Assembly: GCA_964435035.1 (NCBI GenBank)
Contig: CAYSXR010000005.1
Span: 10,564-67,434, forward strand
Direction of reading: 5' to 3'
DNA: 56,871 bases
Source: an uncultured Gammaproteobacteria bacterium
GTDB lineage: Bacteria > Patescibacteriota > Patescibacteriia > Magasanikbacterales > UBA922
Every line of letters begins with the position of its first letter. Position 1 is the first letter of the stretch. The position numbers and the translations under genes are program-made. The notes beneath the pieces were generated by a model. The model saw only the letters and a list, made by a program, of their open reading frames with translations, searched no databases and was not told the origin of the DNA. Shown piece by piece: positions 53,518 through 56,871 of this stretch.

Positions 53518-53790
53518 ATGGATAGTCAAAATCGGAAAAATTCGACCGATCGGGAGTACATTATGCTGGGGATCCAGATAATTGGAGATTTTGGAGCAAT
53601 TATTGCTATTCCTGTAGTCGGATTGGTTCTACTTGGTCAGTGGCTCGAAGGAAAGTATGGATATGCGCCATGGTTTACAATAGGAGCATTCATACTCGCA
53701 GCACTGATATCAGGAAGAATGATTTACAAGAAAGCGAAAGAATATAGTGTAAAATATCAAGCGATCGACAAGAAAGACTACTCTAAATAG
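53518..53790 (+). CDS. atpZ: AtpZ/AtpI family ATP synthase accessory protein
   Basis: Two TM helices (GIQIIGDFGAIIAIPVVGLVLLGQWLE...WFTIGAFILAALISG), immediately upstream of atpB. Confidence 0.7.
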   Translation: MDSQNRKNSTDREYIMLGIQIIGDFGAIIAIPVVGLVLLGQWLEGKYGYAPWFTIGAFILAALISGRMIYKKAKEYSVKYQAIDKKDYSK

Positions 53791-53800
53791 AATAGAGAAT

Positions 53801-54592
53801 ATGGCTGAAATTCACATTCCAGGATTAGCACCAGAAGTATTGTTCCATATGGGACCAGTTCCGGTTACCAATACAGTGGTGAATGTGTGGATTGCAATCA
53901 TCATTTTCCTCGTTATTGGAATCGTGATTAAGAAAAAAACTGCTCTTCGTCCAGGAAAACTGCAAAATGGATTTGAATATATCCTTGAGCTCTTGCTTCC
54001 ATACTTTGACCAAGTCACGGGAGATCGAAAAAAAACTATCAGATTTTTGCCGATAGTTGGAACGATCTTCTTTTTTATTTTACTTTCAAACTGGCTTGGG
54101 CTGTTGCCTGGAACCGGAAGTATTACGGTAGGACATAATATGCTCCTACGTCCAGCAAATACTGACCTCAATCTCACTGTAATTATGGCACTGGTCGCGG
54201 TTGTATCTTCGCATGTATTTGCATTTCTAAGTATTGGTGTATTCACTCATTTGGGAAAATTCGTGCAATTAGGAAATCTATTCAAGAGTGTTAAAAAAGG
54301 TCCTATGGGAATTTTTTCAGCATTGATTGAGTTTGCGGTTGGATTGCTTGAAATCGTTAGTGAAATGGCAAAAATATTATCATTGTCACTTCGTCTATTT
54401 GGAAATATTTTTGCGGGAGAAGTACTGATTTCAGTAATGTCAGCACTTGTTGCTGCACTCGTACCAACTCCGTTCATGTTACTTGAATTGTTGGTTGGTC
54501 TGATACAGGCTGCAGTATTCGCAATGCTAACACTTGTATATATGACCGTAGCATCGTCTGCTCCGCACGGCGCAGAAGAAGGACATCACTAG
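53801..54592 (+). CDS. atpB: F0F1 ATP synthase subunit a
   Basis: LSLSLRLFGNIFAGE carries the essential Arg motif. Five to six TM helices. Confidence 0.93.
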   Translation: MAEIHIPGLAPEVLFHMGPVPVTNTVVNVWIAIIIFLVIGIVIKKKTALRPGKLQNGFEYILELLLPYFDQVTGDRKKTIRFLPIVGTIFFFILLSNWLGLLPGTGSITVGHNMLLRPANTDLNLTVIMALVAVVSSHVFAFLSIGVFTHLGKFVQLGNLFKSVKKGPMGIFSALIEFAVGLLEIVSEMAKILSLSLRLFGNIFAGEVLISVMSALVAALVPTPFMLLELLVGLIQAAVFAMLTLVYMTVASSAPHGAEEGHH

Positions 54593-54665
54593 AGGGTAGT
54601 CTTCACAGAAGAATAGTTCTTCTGTGACATTATTCTTTAAGTGAGACACTAATCCGCGAGTATAA

Positions 54666-54950
<285 letters not shown>

Positions 54951-55010
54951 ATTTATCACAGTATCCTAACGAGAGTTGGGGTACTACATGAATTAATTTC
55001 AAAAAGATAT

Positions 55011-55640
55011 ATGTACTTAGTATACAATGAAGAAGGGCAAGCATATGAATCAACCCAGGCAGAACATGCTGGGGTTCAGGTTACGGAAATAAAAACAGAA
55101 ACAGAGACCAGCGCTGAAGTTGGACATGAGACGACGGCCTCAGACGCAGGAGTTCTCGCTAGTCTTGGGATTAATGGTCCTTTGTTTTTATTTCAATTAC
55201 TCAATTTTGCATTGGTGGCGGTAATTGTGTGGTTTTTGATTTTAAAACCTTTAACCAAAAAGATGGAAGAAAGAAAAAATATTATTGACGAAAGTTTGGA
55301 TAGAGCAAAAGAGATCGAAACTAATCTCAACATGAGTGAAGTAAAATTTCAAGAAAAACTTGAAGCAGCAAAGAAAGAAGCAAATGCGATTGTAGCAGGA
55401 GCTCAGGAAGAGGCTACTCGCGTGCAGGAGAGTATGAAGCAAAAAACAAAAGATGAAGTAGAAGCACTTGTCCTTCAGGCAAAGAAAAATATTGAGATTG
55501 AAAAAACTGAAATGCAAGCAAGTCTTAGAAAAGAAACTGTAGAAATTGTAGTGACTGCAATGGAAAAAGTATTAGGTGAAAAAATGGATGATAAAAAAGA
55601 TAAGAAGTTTGTTGAAGATATTTTGAAAACAATCAAATAA
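55011..55640 (+). CDS. atpF: F0F1 ATP synthase subunit b (with an N-terminal extension)
   Basis: TM helix (LFLFQLLNFALVAVIVWFLILKPL), then a long charged helix. About 60 aa of extra acidic N-terminus. Confidence 0.85.
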   Translation: MYLVYNEEGQAYESTQAEHAGVQVTEIKTETETSAEVGHETTASDAGVLASLGINGPLFLFQLLNFALVAVIVWFLILKPLTKKMEERKNIIDESLDRAKEIETNLNMSEVKFQEKLEAAKKEANAIVAGAQEEATRVQESMKQKTKDEVEALVLQAKKNIEIEKTEMQASLRKETVEIVVTAMEKVLGEKMDDKKDKKFVEDILKTIK

Positions 55641-55642
55641 GT

Positions 55643-56026
55643 ATGGCAAAATTGCTTACCAGACAATACGGAAAAATTTTATTTGAAAGTACTAAAGGGC
55701 TGAAAGGTGCTGAGCTTGAGAGTGTACTCAAAAATTTTCTTCTATTTTTACAAAGTAAGCAGATGATCTCAAAAGCGGATCGAATCATGATTGAATATGA
55801 AAAGTATGCAAAAGAGTCTGAAGGAATAAAAATGATTGAAATAGTAAGTGCGAGGGAGTTGTCATCTGGTGTAGTAAAAGAAATCAGTAAACATTTTGGA
55901 GAAAAAGTAGAAGCGACAGTAAAAATTGATTCGACGCTTCTCGGAGGGGTTATAGTAAAGACAGAAAATGAAATTTTTGATGGAAGTATTAAAGGGCAAC
56001 TAGAGAAACTCAAGCAGCAATTATAA
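55643..56026 (+). CDS. atpH: F0F1 ATP synthase subunit delta (short, 127 aa)
   Basis: C-terminal IDSTLLGGVIVKTENEIFDGSIKGQLEKLK matches the OSCP/delta signature. Operon position supports it. Confidence 0.8.
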   Translation: MAKLLTRQYGKILFESTKGLKGAELESVLKNFLLFLQSKQMISKADRIMIEYEKYAKESEGIKMIEIVSARELSSGVVKEISKHFGEKVEATVKIDSTLLGGVIVKTENEIFDGSIKGQLEKLKQQL

Positions 56027-56069
56027 CTTTTAAACCAGACAACTAGAAAACCAGTTAACCAGAATTTAT

Positions 56070-56871
56070 ATGGCATATACGGATCAAGTGATTGCATCAC
56101 TCAAGAAAAATATCGAAGCATTCAAAAAAGAAGTACATTCTGAAGAGGTGGGTACTGTTATTGAAATTGGAGATGGAATTGCACGTATGAGTGGGCTTGA
56201 AAAATGTCAGGCTCAGGAAATGTTGGAATTTCCAGGTAGTACGTTTGGAATCGCATTGAACTTGCAGGAAGAAACCGTTGGTGCGGTAATTTTGGGTTCA
56301 TACCAGCATATCAAAGAGGGGGACACAGTAAAAAGAACAGGACGTATCATGTCAGTACCAGTTTCAGACGCTCTTATTGGTCGAGTCGTTAATGCGATTG
56401 GTGAACCAATCGATGGTAAAGGTGCAATTAATACTAAAACTTTTTATCCGGTAGAGCGTATTGCTCCAGGTGTAATGACTCGCGAACCCGTAAGTCGCCC
56501 GATGCAGACCGGTATCAAAGCAATTGATGCTCTTATTCCAGTTGGTCGTGGACAGCGCGAACTTATTATTGGTGACCGTCAGACAGGTAAAACTGCGATT
56601 GCGATTGATACTATTTTGAACCAAAAAGGGCAGGACATGATTTGTATCTACGTAGCAGTAGGACAAAAAGAATCAAAAGTGGCTCGTATTGTTTCAAAAT
56701 TACAAGAAGCGGGTGCTATGGACTACACCGTGGTAGTTTCAGCAGGTGCGAGTGAACCAGCTCCGATGTCATACCTCGCCCCTTATGCAGGTGTAACTAT
56801 TGGTGAATATTTCATGGATAAAGGAAAAGATGTATTGATTATTTACGATGACTTAACCAAACAAGCATGGG
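56070..56871 (+). CDS. atpA: F0F1 ATP synthase subunit alpha (5-prime partial, runs off the window)
   Basis: My translation from ATG 56070: [18 protein letters not shown]...[15 protein letters not shown]...Walker [20 protein letters not shown]...[11 protein letters not shown]. No stop before the window end. Confidence 0.93.
   Translation, partial: MAYTDQVIASLKKNIEAFKKEVHSEEVGTVIEIGDGIARMSGLEKCQAQEMLEFPGSTFGIALNLQEETVGAVILGSYQHIKEGDTVKRTGRIMSVPVSDALIGRVVNAIGEPIDGKGAINTKTFYPVERIAPGVMTREPVSRPMQTGIKAIDALIPVGRGQRELIIGDRQTGKTAIAIDTILNQKGQDMICIYVAVGQKESKVARIVSKLQEAGAMDYTVVVSAGASEPAPMSYLAPYAGVTIGEYFMDKGKDVLIIYDDLTKQAW

Overview
This is a low-GC bacterial chromosome segment, roughly 40% GC by eye on sampled lines. 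It has no rRNA, CRISPR array, transposase or integrase. The compact genes, short ribosomal proteins and many unannotatable membrane proteins suggest a Patescibacteria/CPR-like organism, but that is inference only.

Gene order:
- 1-4.1 kb: infA-rpmJ-rpsM-rpsK-rpsD-rpoA-rplQ-rplM-rpsI.
- 4.3-9 kb: envelope and division genes (Wzx-like flippase, GT4 glycosyltransferase, FtsB/DivIC-like protein, parvulin PPIase).
- 9-13.4 kb: tRNA-Gly, pyrD, tRNA-Thr, gpsA-like, ftsEX, tRNA-Gln.
- 13.7-16.5 kb: a strongly AT-rich island with one 816-aa nuclease/P-loop NTPase gene.
- 16.5-20.8 kb: membrane proteins (TerC, LCP) and greA.
- 21-27 kb: three ECF sigma modules.
- 27.7-35.6 kb: capA, a cytochrome b5-like lipoprotein, mscL, then a ThDP enzyme / aldehyde dehydrogenase / transketolase / GNAT block whose spacers carry a dispersed repeat.
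- 35.7-36.65 kb: two adjacent GC-rich structured RNA-like loci, each with its own promoter and terminator.
- 36.65-40 kb: YibE/F, a GC-rich mini-gene, two tandem paralogous secreted proteins, and a tRNA-Asn(GUU) gene interrupted by a 296-nt group I intron.
- 40.1-48.1 kb: def, a degenerate priA, a LigB-like protein, a DD-carboxypeptidase, rsmI, metG.
- 48.2-49.4 kb: a tandem array of small membrane proteins with conserved termini.
- 49.5-56.9 kb: cvpA, tatD, a cation/proton antiporter, and the atpZ-B-E-F-H-A(partial) operon.

The most interesting candidates are the AT-rich nuclease-NTPase island (candidate single-gene defence system), the pair of unclassified GC-rich RNAs, the intron-containing tRNA-Asn, and the tandem FPPKK...WMLKNRKNK gene array.
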